Source: Amphiscolops sp. MND2022
Lineage: Eukaryota
Reading direction: 5' to 3'
Assembly (NCBI GenBank): GCA_964187785.1
Contig: OZ076419.1
Span: 45,012,001-45,076,000 of the forward strand
DNA length: 64,000 bases
The notes beneath the pieces were generated by a model. It had not been told where the DNA came from. It did no database searches and saw only the letters and a list, made by a program, of their open reading frames with translations. Position 1 is the first letter of the stretch. The number at the start of each line of letters is the position of its first letter. Both the position numbers and the translations under genes were made by a program. Of the stretch, positions 23,979 to 36,310 are shown piece by piece.

Positions 23979-24487
23979 AACCTTCCCATCGATTTCAAAA
24001 CAGCAACGTTCTCTTCGATTTCAATTTCAATTCAATTCAATTTCAACTTCGATTCAGCAACCTACTTTCTATCTCCAAGATAGTGTGCTCAAACTTTCCC
24101 ATCGATTTCAAAACAGCAACGTTCTCTTCGATTTCAATTTCAATTCAATTCAATTTCAATTTCGATTCAGCAACCTACTTTCTATTTCAACTTAAAAAAT
24201 GGCCTCTTCAAATTAGTCAAAATGCAACTTGTCGGGAGCAAGGGACGCTGAAGTTACAAAACAACTAATCGACAATGACAAAACACACAAATTCTATATC
24301 GCCAGCGATTAGGCAGAAGGGTGCTCTGAAGCTATAATTTCAATTTAAAACGTTTTGCGATCTCCAAAATAGTGTGCTCAAACTTTCCCATCGATTTCAA
24401 AACAGCAACGTTCTCTTCGATTTCAATTTCAATTCAATTCAATTTCAATTTCGATTCAGCAACCTACTTTCAATTTCAATTTAAATA

Positions 24488-27400
24488 ATGGCCTCTACAA
24501 ACTCGTCAAAATGCAACTTGTTGGGAGCAAGGGACGCTGAAGTTACAAAGCAACTAATCGACAATGACACAACACACAAATTCTATATCGCAAGCGATTT
24601 TAAAGAAGCGATTAGGCAGAAGGGTGCTCTGAAGCTATACAATGAAATCTTTCAGAGCTACGTGCTGAGTTTGCAAAAAGTGGAGATCCGGGCGGAAGAC
24701 GTGAACTACCCACCCGATCTTTCGGACAGCTTCGCAGTTTACGTGCCCAAAGAAGCAGAGGGACCGCTGCCTAAAGGCTTCATCATTGATGGGTAATATT
24801 AGTTTTTTTGCAAAAAGTACTCAGAATGTCTTTCAATGAATTTATAACAAAATAGATGAAACTTTTTTGAACCAATTTTTTTCGAGTCTCGAAATTTCTT
24901 TAGGTATTTTTGAATTTTTACAGGCTTCTTTTCAACCAATTACAAACGAGTTGCTCAAACTTTTATCAAAATATTTTTTGAATTTCGAATATAATTATAA
25001 TAAAATTGTTGAAATATGTGTGAACCAATTATATTCGAGTGTCTCAAAACTTCTTCAGGTAATATTTTTGTATTCTTTACAGGCTTCTTTTCAACCAATT
25101 ACAAACGAGTTTCTCAGAAAATTATCAAAGTATATTCTGAATTTCGAATAAATTTATAACAAAATAGTGAAAATGTGTGAACCAAATATATTCGAGTGTC
25201 TCCGGTTTTTAGGTTGTTTTTTTTCTGATTTTCTACAGACTTCAATAGAATACAATAAGTCGTAAACTAGAAACTATTTGTTACTATTGTAATTCATTCA
25301 TGTATTTTCAAATTTGTATACCTCAACTCGTTTAGGCATGGTTGGTTTCCTTGAGAAAGTGGAAGGTGAGCTCATGCCTGAGCAGTGTTTCTCAGTCTTC
25401 GGCGGAAAAAGCGGAGACCGAATCATGCTCGGGCCCGCGAGTTTCAACAACTACTCGTGCGAGCCGAACGTGGAGTTTGTCTGTTCGGGTGCCAAGGCGA
25501 AGACCATCGTCAAAAGGAAAGCTCTTCAAAACATTATGCCCGGTGCGCAATTGCTCGTCAAGTACTCTGATGATTACTTCCTCGAGGGCAATGTCGACTG
25601 TTTGTCTCGGAAATGCAACAGGACGAGGATGACGGTGCAATTTCCCCAGAAGCCTTGGGTTACGAGCTGACTGCTGACTTGGTCGAAGAGTTAGCTGCTG
25701 CTTCAATTCCTGCTTTCCAAGAAGAAGAAGCGGATGCATTGAGTTCAATGCCGGAAAAGCAGCTGATGAATCAACAACCAGTCTTCCACGAGCTCAGGAG
25801 TGCGCCTGTTCTCCCGATGCGGACACAGAGTCATTGGAATCAGCAGTGCCGGAAGAAGTAATGTCAGTGCCGCAAGAAATGTCAGTGCAGCGATTGATGG
25901 AAATTTCGGCAGGGTTCGAAGCTGAGGCCTTACCAAGTCTGCCAGTTTTCACCCACAATGCAAATGATGAACAACCAGGAAAATCTGATGTGCCTCAAAA
26001 TGCTCCTGCTGATACCGCAGTTCCGAAAGAAGCGAGCAAAATACTCACAGGAGAACGAGTGCAACAGTTGCCATGTGTCTGTTGTGCGAATTGATCGGCA
26101 CTTGAAGCATGTGCACGGTGATCTCCTCACCGAAACCGAGCAGACTCTGATTAAGGACTACTACCGCTTCCGCGATTCAAAGACAGTCAGGTTCTGCTCC
26201 AAGTGTATGCGCCGTGTTGCTTCGGTGCCAACTCACAAATCGAGATGCCCTGGAGAAGCTACCGGAGTTTCGAAGTGTGAAGTGAGTAGTCATCGGATTA
26301 ACTTTCTAGCTCGAAAATATTTTTCATACTGCGGTATTAGAATTTCCTTAAATTTTTCATGATCGAAAATATTTTTTATACTGCGTTATCAGAATTTCGT
26401 TAAATTTTTTCCAGTTCGAAATTATTGATCATACTGCGTTATCAGAATTTCCTTACTTTTTCCTAGCTCGAAAGTTTTTTTTTCATTCTGCGTTCTCAGA
26501 ATTTCCTTAATTTTTCTCAAACCCGAAAAAAATTTTCATACTGCGTTATCAGAATTTCGTTAAAGTTTTTCCAGTTCGAAAGTATTGATCATACTGCGTT
26601 ATCTGAATTTCCTTGATTTTTCTCTAGCTCGAAATTTTTTTTCGTTCTGCGTTATCAGAATTTCCTTCATCTTTTTCTAACTCGAAAATCTTTTTCATAC
26701 TGCGTTATTAGAATTTCCTTAAATTTTTCATGATCGAAAATATTTTTCATACTGCGTTATCAGAATTCTTAAACCTCTAATTAAAATTTTTCCAGGTCTC
26801 TGCCACAGTCGCTTAGAAATAAGATGAAAGAGAGCCGCCTGGCCCGTAGAACGGACGTCGACCGTGCCGAAGAATACATTCAGCACCAGAGGCAAGCGCT
26901 GGAAGCATGTACCGGAGATTCTGGCGAGGACCGCAGCCGGCCTTGGCTGAAAAACACGCTCGCGACGTTCTACGGGGAAACAAACCACTTCCAGGAACCC
27001 CACAGATTACTCCAGGTGACGATGATTCAGAAACGTCAGCGACTGGCCCCTCAAACTATCTTGACGTACCTGGCGTGCCTGAAGAAATTCGTCGACTATC
27101 TTGTGATCCGCGATAACATCGACGCTGCCCGGATCCAGGCTGCCATGAACCAAGTGAAAGCAATCTACACAACCAGCACTGCTTGCAAAAGCCGGAGGAA
27201 GGCTGACGAACGCTTCAAGCTGGTGCCCAGCCACAACATCGTGGTAGTACGCCACGAGCAAGTTCTGAAACATTGCAGGAAAAAGTTGAGGAAGAGAGTC
27301 CTTATTTGGAGGATAAGGCCCTCAATTACTTCTTTCTGCAGGCGCGGCTGAACTGCAGAAATCAGCCAATTATGAACTTGACTTGGGAAATGCTCGAGGG

Positions 27401-28800
27401 AATCCAGCGAAACGGGTCGGTTTTGACGAGCAGACACAAAACCGGCCAATATTACGACGTCGCCCTCCGTGTGGAGCAGCCTGACCAGATTCCCCACCTG
27501 TACCATTTGAAAAAGACGTACCGACGAGAGTTCCAGGCTGTTCCGGTGCTGATCTTTTATACTCAGAAGGGTACAGGGGATAGAAGTAAGGCTCGCGAGA
27601 TCTCCGAAGTCTTCGCAGCGAAGTTCGGCGATAGAGCCACTGACATCCGCTTCAACTCCAACTCAATGAGAAAGTAAAGGAGGGGAGAATGCAGCAGCTG
27701 AGGCAGAACGAGGAAATTGCTGCTGATTTCATGACCGAGCATCTGCACCAGACTGGACATACACAGCAAACAGCCGAGAAATACTACATGTCAGCCAATA
27801 TTGCCAACAGAAATCGATTGCTGGATCACCTCGTCAACGATCTTCGCGCGGTCCCCAAAGAAGGCGAGGTGTCAGAACCAGTAAATGTAATTGTCCCGGT
27901 TGATTCAACTGCCTCAACAATCGAAAATGCGACTCCATTAGCAGTGAGAGAAGCGAGGCAGAAAGAAATTGAGCGCGCGGAACGGGGTTAGTAGAACAGT
28001 GTCTCAGAATGTTTTCAAGTTTTTTTTCGAATTTATCTCTAGTGGTGTGTGTCAGCCAATTACATTCGAGAGTCTCCGGATTTCTTCAAAGAGTTTTTCA
28101 TGGTTTTCTCTAGCGTTTCGTGTCAACCAATTACAATTGAGAGTCTCCGAATTTCTTTAGAAGTATTTTTCATGATTTCTCTAGCGTTTTGAGTCCAAAG
28201 TTTTCTTCTGTTTTAATAGGGAAGACACGGCGGCAGCTGGCTCAACGACCAACAACTGAAGAGGAACCGGGCCGGGAAAGGAGAGGGCAAGACGTTAGGA
28301 TTACAGGGCTGGGGGCATCACAGACTTTTCAGTCAGGGTTGGGGTGTGTTCCACAGGTAGGAGAGGGTCAAGTGGCAGAGGAAACTCCGTGGTTGCGAGA
28401 CGACAGTCTGATGACAAGCAACGTCATGGAGTTCACCACGAGGGATGATGAAATTGAGGACCAAGGGTCACAGCCATCTGGGAAGCGGAAACGACCAATG
28501 GCAGGAGGTGTAGTTTTCAATGACGGTCAACGAGTCCGTGACGTTCGACTAGAAGAACCGCCCCCCTCACGCAGTCCCCAAAGAGAACGATTCATCAAGA
28601 GTTTGCTGACGTTCAAGGGCGTCGAAACTCAACCGGCATGGACAGAGGCGCTGTCCATTTTTTTCGACATCAAAACGAATGTGACGAAGAAAGTTGTTGA
28701 ACGTATGTTGTGTGACGCCGGCCATTTTTTAGAGGCAGAGGAAGTCGCGACAATTTACAGCAGTCAAATCTTCGTTCAACAACCAAATGAAATGATTTGA
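24488..28800 (+). pseudogene. A1 gene copy with all four exons (24488-24791, 25336-26281, 26796-27986, 28220-28800): Suv4-20-like SET / ZnF / tyrosine recombinase / C-terminal domain fusion
   Basis: Open exon 1 MASTNSSK...THKF...KLYNEIFQSYV...FIIDG resembles the Suv4-20 N-terminal helical region. Intron phases 1, 2, 1 join the frames in the consensus. This copy has a mutated intron-1 donor, deletions in exon 2 and two 1-nt deletions in exon 3. Confidence 0.85.
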
Positions 28801-31800
28801 ATTTGATCTGGAGGACCAAACAGTTACTTTCAACAACGTTTTGCAGTTACAACAGTTAGTCTTATAGATAATCAGATCTTTTTTTATCGAGTGGTTCTAG
28901 ATTTTATTCATTTTTTTCTGTGGCCATTTCTGTCCCAAAGACACTCAACTGCAGTCGAACCACCTGAAACACCGGAGAATAGTGGAGACTGCTGCCTGGC
29001 GGAATGAACTCTGAGCCTTAGGTTGTTCTAGGATATCGAAAATTCTGAACTTTTCGCACGCTTCTTTTCAACCATTTACATTTGAGTATCTCAGAAATTC
29101 AATTTTTCGAATTTTCTGCACGTTTCCTCTTCAGCCAATTAAAACTGAGTGTCTGCGAATTTCATCAAAATATTCTGTTTCAAAATAATATGCACGTTTC
29201 CTCTGAGCCAATCAAAACCGAGTGTCTCCGAATTTCATCAAAGTATTTTTTTCTAAAATATATGCAAGTTTCCTCTAAGCCAAATAAAACTGCGTGTCAC
29301 CGAATTTCACCAAAGTATATTTTCAATCAATCCCCCCAAACATATCATTTCCTTTATTCATCCCACAAAAGGTAGTTATATCACTTTTTAACTCATGATT
29401 ATCCAACTTCTACACCTTTTGCTAATTGGAAAAAATATATTCAAGCGCAATTCGAATTGGAAGCGCCTCAAGTTGCTAAAACTTAAGGTAATTGAATGCG
29501 GTTGAGTGGAAATGGGATGGTGTCATAGGTTTAGTGTTAATTAAAGGCACCGTTTAGGGGTCAAGTGAAATTTTCACTGAAATAATAGTAACGACCAATT
29601 AATTGTAGTATTTTATAGCTACCTGCTACTGAAACTTATTGCTGATACTGGGGGTAAAAACTAAAATTTTTGCCCTTACTGTCGGGCGGATTAGTAGAAT
29701 TGATGGTTTTTTTTCAACCCTTTCCTCCACTCGCTGTTCAAATATTTGATCGATCGAATAAAATGAATAATTTGTTCCCGGAACTTCCTCTTGGCAATTG
29801 AATGTTTAAGGCCTTAGACATTTTTATTCCGAATTTCTTCAGTGGAAATTATTGAGAGCTCGTCTTTTGTTATCCTTGCCCCAACAAGCATGTTTGGAAT
29901 ACCACTAATTTACCGTATTGCTTACATTAATCAAAATAGCATATCGTTTCATTTAATCTTTCGACAGAAAGTAATTTCATCACTATTTTACTCCTGATCA
30001 TGCAACTTCTACACCTATTGCTAATTGGAAAGTAATTATATCTAAACGCATTTCGAATTAAAATTGACTCAAGCTGCTGAAATTTGAGGTAATTGAATGC
30101 GGTTGAGAGGAAATGGGATGGTGTTGTAGGTTAAGTGTTAGTTAATGGCACCTTTTTAATCGGGAACTGTCAATGAATTTTGCGTCCTTTCGTAGGTGCC
30201 AAACCTCAAGCTCAGGATCCTTCAATAGCAAAATTAATAAACCATTTCGCCATCTCCAAGCTAGTACGCTCAACTCAACTCAACTGAATTACTTTTCAAA
30301 CTTTTCAATCTACTTCAAAACAGCAACCTTCATTCAATCCTACTTCTTCAATTTCAATTTCAATTTAAAACTTTTTGCGATCTCCAAGATAGTGTGCTCA
30401 ACACAACTACTTTTCAAACTTTCCCATCGGTTTCAAAACAGCAACGTTCTCTTCGATTTCAATTTCAATTCAATTCAATTTCAATTTCGATTCAGCAACC
30501 TACTTTCTATTTCAATTTAAAAAATGGCCTCTTCAAATTAGTCAAAATGCAACTTGTTGGGAGCAAGGGACGCTGAAGTTACAAAGCAACTAATCGACAA
30601 TGACAAAACACACAAATTCTATATCGCCAGCGATTTTAAAGAAGCGATTAGGCAGAGAAGGGTGCTCTGAAGCTATACAATGAAATCTTTCAGAGCTACG
30701 TGCTGAGTTTGCAAAAAGTGGAGATCCGGGCGGAAGACGTAAACTACCCAGCCCGTGCAAAGAGCAGTGTGGACCACATGGAACTCCCTTCTTGGTGCAG
30801 TAATTGTTCTCATATTGATGATAGTTATAAATGTAAATGTCAAGTTCTACCTAAAGGCAGATTTCTTGACCATTCAAGTAACCAAGCAACTATCAAACCT
30901 ATGTGCTGTAAAAAAGTGTGGTGTTTGTTCCCTCTTTTTGTGTTTTTTTTGCCTTCCGGCATGTAAAGAAGGGGAGGAACTTTTTTTCAGTACTCCCCAT
31001 TGAGTGTTTGTGTTCTTGTATTTAGTGAGGTTGTAATATAGTATATCTTTAAAGTTACTATTAAAATTTAATCCTCCTTATAGTTGTACATTGTAGTTCA
31101 TCGGATGAGCGGGCATTAGACAGAGACAAACGTAAACTCATCGTAAATCCATCATCGGATTTCGCTAATGTCCGATCATCCGATGAATTGGTGTTAATTA
31201 TTAACACTCGTGGCCGAATGCCTCAGAAAGGCATTAACACTTCAACTTAAAGCTCACTCAAATGAACTCACTGTGAAGGTTGACCTACTAATAGACTTAT
31301 TCTAATTTCTCCGGATCAACCTAATTGATCACTGTCTCTCCAATCTTACTGCTTTGCATTTCTAACAAACATTGAAAAACAAATTTCAGAAACAAACTTT
31401 AGGAACATACTTACAAATTTAGAAAATTTTTGGAAACACTGCTCGTCTTCAAGTTACTCTGCATTTCGTCTTATCTGGACAATGTTTTCTGAACTGCAGA
31501 ATCCCATGATTGTATCTGACCACACGAGTTTGTGGCACTACTTTGAACGTATGATTTTAACACGGTTTTACTCGTACAAGTAATACTCGTAACTCATGTT
31601 TAGGTTATTAGTCATACTCGTACATGGTTTTGCGGGGGTCACGGAATACTACGAACATGTTTCACGATTTGATACTTCATCGTTAATTCTTTTGTTGTGC
31701 TGGAACCAGAAAAGGATGTTCGAATCAATCTGGAGTACAACCTGACAATGCCAGAGATCCTTGGAAGACATGGCTGGCTGTATAACGAAACGAAAGCCCT

Positions 31801-34800
31801 ACATGATGAAGCCCTACATGATTGTATACGGCTGAACTGCAGAAATCAGCCAATTATGAACTTGACTTGGGAAATGCTCGAGGGAATCCAGCGAAACGGG
31901 TCGGTTTTGACGAGCAGACACAAAACCGGCCAATATTACGACGTCGCCCTCCGTGTGGAGCAGCCTGACCAGATCCCCCACCTGTACCATTTGAAAAAGA
32001 CGTACCGACGAGAGTTCCAGGCTGTTCCGGTGCTGATCTTTTATACTCAGAAGGGTACAGGGGATAGAAGTATGGCTCGCGAGATCTCCGAAGTCTTCGC
32101 AGCGAAGTTCGGCGATAGAGCCACTGACATCCGCTTCAACTCCAACTCAATGAGAAAGTAAAGGAGGGGAGAATGCAGCAGCTGAGGCAGAACGAGGAAA
32201 TTGCTGCTGATTTCATGACCGAGCATCTGCACCAGACTGGACATACACAGCAAACAGCCGAGAAATACTACATGTCAGCCAATATTGCCAACAGAAATCG
32301 ATTGCTGGATCACCTCGTCAACGATCTTCGCGCGGTCCCCAAAGAAGGCGAGGTGTCAGAACCAGTAAATGTAATTGTTCCTGTTGATTCAACTGCCTCA
32401 ACAATCGAAAATGCGACTCCATTAGCAGTGAGAGAAGCGAGGCAGAAAGAAATTGAGCGCGCGGAACGGGGTTAGTAGAACAGTGTCTCAGAATGTTTTC
32501 AAGTTTTTTTTCGAATTTATCTCTAGTGGTGTGTGTCAGCCAATTACATTCGAGAGTCTCCGGATTTCTTCAAAGAGTTTTTCATGGTTTTCTCTAGCGT
32601 TTCGTGTCAACCAATTACAATTGAGAGTCTCCGAATTTCTTTAGAAGTATTTTTCATGATTTCTCTAGCGTTTTGAGTCCAAAGTTTTCTTCTGTTTTAA
32701 TAGGGAAGACACGGCGGCAGCTGGCTCAACGACCAACAACTGAAGAGGAACCGGGCCGGGAAAGGAGAGGGCAAGACGTTAGGATTACAGGGCTGGGGGC
32801 ATCACAGACTTTTCAGTCAGGGTTGGGGTGTGTTCCACAGGTAGGAGAGGGTCAAGTGGCAGAGGAAACTCCGTGGTTGCGAGACGACAGTCTGATGACA
32901 AGCAACGTCATGGAGTTCACCACGAGGGATGATGAAATTGAGGACCAAGGGTCACAGCCATCTGGGAAGCGGAAACGACCAATGGCAGGAGGTGTAGTTT
33001 TCAATGACGGTCAACGAGTCCGTGACGTTCGACTAGAAGAACCGCCCCCCTCACGCAGTCCCCAAAGAGAACGATTCATCAAGAGTTTGCTGACGTTCAA
33101 GGGCGTCGAAACTCGACCGGCATGGACAGAGGCGCTGTCCATTTTTTTCGACATCAAAACGAATGTGACGAAGAAAGTTGTTGAACGTATGTTGTGTGAC
33201 GCCGGCCATTTTTTAGAGGCAGAGGAAGTCGCGACAATTTACAGCAGTCAAATCTTCGTTCAACAACCAAATGAAATGATTTGAATTTGATCTGGAGGAC
33301 CAAACAGTTACTTTCAACAACGTTTTGCAGTTACAACAGTTAGTCTTATAGATAATCAGATCTTTTTTTATCGAGTGGTTCTAGATTTTATTCATTTTTT
33401 TCTGTGGCCATTTCTGTCCCAAAGACACTCAACTGCAGTCGAACCACCTGAAACACCGGAGAATAGTGGAGACTGCTGCCTGGCGGAATGAACTCTGAGC
33501 CTTAGGTTGTTCTAGGATATCGAAAATTCTGAACTTTTCGCACGCTTCTTTTCAACCATTTACATTTGAGTATCTCAGAAATTCAATTTTTCGAATTTTC
33601 TGCACGTTTCCTCTTCAGCCAATTAAAACTGAGTGTCTGCGAATTTCATCAAAATATTCTGTTTCAAAATAATATGCACGTTTCCTCTGAGCCAATCAAA
33701 ACCGAGTGTCTCCGAATTTCATCAAAGTATTTTTTTCTAAAATATATGCAAGTTTCCTCTAAGCCAAATAAAACTGCGTGTCACCGAATTTCACCAAAGT
33801 ATATTTTCAATCAATCCCCCCCAAACATATCATTTCCTTTATTCATCCCACAAAAGGTAGTTATATCACTTTTTAACTCATGATTATGCAACTTCTACAC
33901 CTTTTGCTAATTGGAAAAAATATATTCAAGCGCAATTCGAATTGGAAGCGCCTCAAGTTGCTAAAACTTAAGGTAATTGAATGCGGTTGAGTGGAAATGG
34001 GATGGTGTCATAGGTTTAGTGTTAATTAAAGGCACCGTTTAGGGGTCAAGTGAAATTTTCACTGAAATAATAGTAACGACCAATTAATTGTAGTATTTTA
34101 TAGCTACCTGCTACTGAAACTTATTGCTGATACTGGGGGTAAAAACTAAAATTTTTGCCCTTACTGTCGGGCGGATTAGTAGAATTGATGGTTTTTTTTC
34201 AACCCTTTCCTCCACTCGCTGTTCAAATATTTGATCCATCGAATAAAATGAATAATTTGTTCCCGGAACTTCCTCTTGGCAATTGAATGTTTAAGGCCTT
34301 AGACATTTTTATTCCGAATTTCTTCAGTGGAAATTATTGAGAGCTCGTCTTTTGTTATCCTTGCCCCAACAAGCATGTTTGGAATACCACTAATTTACCG
34401 TATTGCTTACATTAATCAAAATAGCATATCGTTTCATTTAATCTTTCGACAGAAAGTAATTTCATCACTATTTTACTCCTGATCATGCAACTTCTACACC
34501 TATTGCTAATTGGAAAGTAATTATATCTAAACGCATTTCGAATTAAAATTGACTCAAGCTGCTGAAATTTGAGGTAATTGAATGCGGTTGAGAGGAAATG
34601 GGATGGTGTTGTAGGTTAAGTGTTAGTTAATGGCACCTTTTTAATCGGGAACTGTCAATGAAATTTGCGTCCTTTCGTAGGTGCCAAACCTCAAGCTCAG
34701 GATCCTTCAATAGCAAAATTAATAAACCATTTCGCCATCTCCAAGCTAGTACGCTCAACTCAACTCAACTGAATTACTTTTCAAACTTTTCAATCTACTT

Positions 34801-36310
34801 CAAAACAGCAACCTTCATTCAATCCTACTTCTTCAATTTCAATTTCAATTTAAAACTTTTTGCGATCTCCAAGATAGTGTGCTCAACACAACTACTTTTC
34901 AAACTTTCCCATCGGTTTCAAAACAGCAACGTTCTCTTCGATTTCAATTTCAATTCAATTCAATTTCAATTTCGATTCAGCAACCTACTTTCTATTTCAA
35001 TTTAAAAAATGGCCTCTTCAAATTAGTCAAAATGCAACTTGTTGGGAGCAAGGGACGCTGAAGTTACAAAGCAACTAATCGACAATGACAAAACACACAA
35101 ATTCTATATCGCCAGCGATTTTAAAGAAGCGATTAGGCAGAGAAGGGTGCTCTGAAGCTATACAATGAAATCTTTCAGAGCTACGTGCTGAGTTTGCAAA
35201 AAGTGGAGATCCGGGCGGAAGACGTAAACTACCCAGCCCGTGCAAAGAGCAGTGTGGACCACATGGAACTCCCTTCTTGGTGCAGTAATTGTTCTCATAT
35301 TGATGCTAGTTATAAATGTAAATGTCAAGTTCTACCTAAAGGCAGATTTCTTGACCATTCAAGTAACCAAGCAACTATCAAACCTATGTGCTGTAAAAAA
35401 GTGTGGTGTTTGTTCCCTCTTTTTGTGTTTTTTTTGCCTTCCGGCATGTAAAGAAGGGGAGGAACTTTTTTTCAGTACTCCCCATTGAGTGTTTGTGTTC
35501 TTGTATTTAGTGAGGTTGTAATATAGTATATCTTTAAAGTTACTATTAAAATTTAATCCTCCTTATAGTTGTACATTGTAGTTCATCGGATGAGCGGGCA
35601 TTAGACAGAGACAAACGTAAACTCATCGTAAATCCATCATCGGATTTCGCTAATGTCCGATCATCCGATGAATTGGTGTTAATTATTAACACTCGTGGCC
35701 GAATGCCTCAGAAAGGCATTAACACTTCAACTTAAAGCTCACTCAAATGAACTCACTGTGAAGGTTGACCTACTAATAGACTTATTCTAATTTCTCCGGA
35801 TCAACCTAATTGATCACTGTCTCTCCAATCTTACTGCTTTGCATTTCTAACAAACATTCAAAAACAAATTTCAGAAACAAACTTTAGGAACATACTTACA
35901 AATTTAGAAAATTTTTGGAAACACTGCTCGTCTTCAAGTTACTCTGCATTTCGTCTTATCTGGACAATGTTTTCTGAACTGCAGAATCCCATGATTGTAT
36001 CTGACCACACGAGTTTGTGGCACTACTTTGAACGTATGATTTTAACACGGTTTTACTCGTACAAGTAATACTCGTAACTCATGTTTAGGTTATTAGTCAT
36101 ACTCGTACATGGTTTTGCGGGGGTCACGGAATACTACGAACATGTTTCACGATTTGATACTTCATCGTTAATTCTTTTGTTGTGCTGGAACCAGAAAAGG
36201 ATGTTCGAATCAATCTGGAGTACAACCTGACAATGCCAGAGATCCTTGGAAGACATGGCTGGCTGTATAACGAAACGAAAGCCCTACATGATGAAGGAGC
36301 TATTCTGAGC
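27340..36310 (+). repeat. Near-identical 4,484-bp tandem duplication (junction near 31825)
   Basis: Equivalent ORFs are offset by 4484-4485 bp (27689/32173, 28189/32673, 30173/34658, 31697/36182). Confidence 0.9.
31829..33284 (+). pseudogene. A1 partial copy: YR catalytic half (31829-32470) and exon 4 (32704-33284)
   Basis: Starts at RLNCRNQP immediately after a junction with the RAG1-like fragment. Exon 4 is an open 203-aa frame. Confidence 0.85.
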
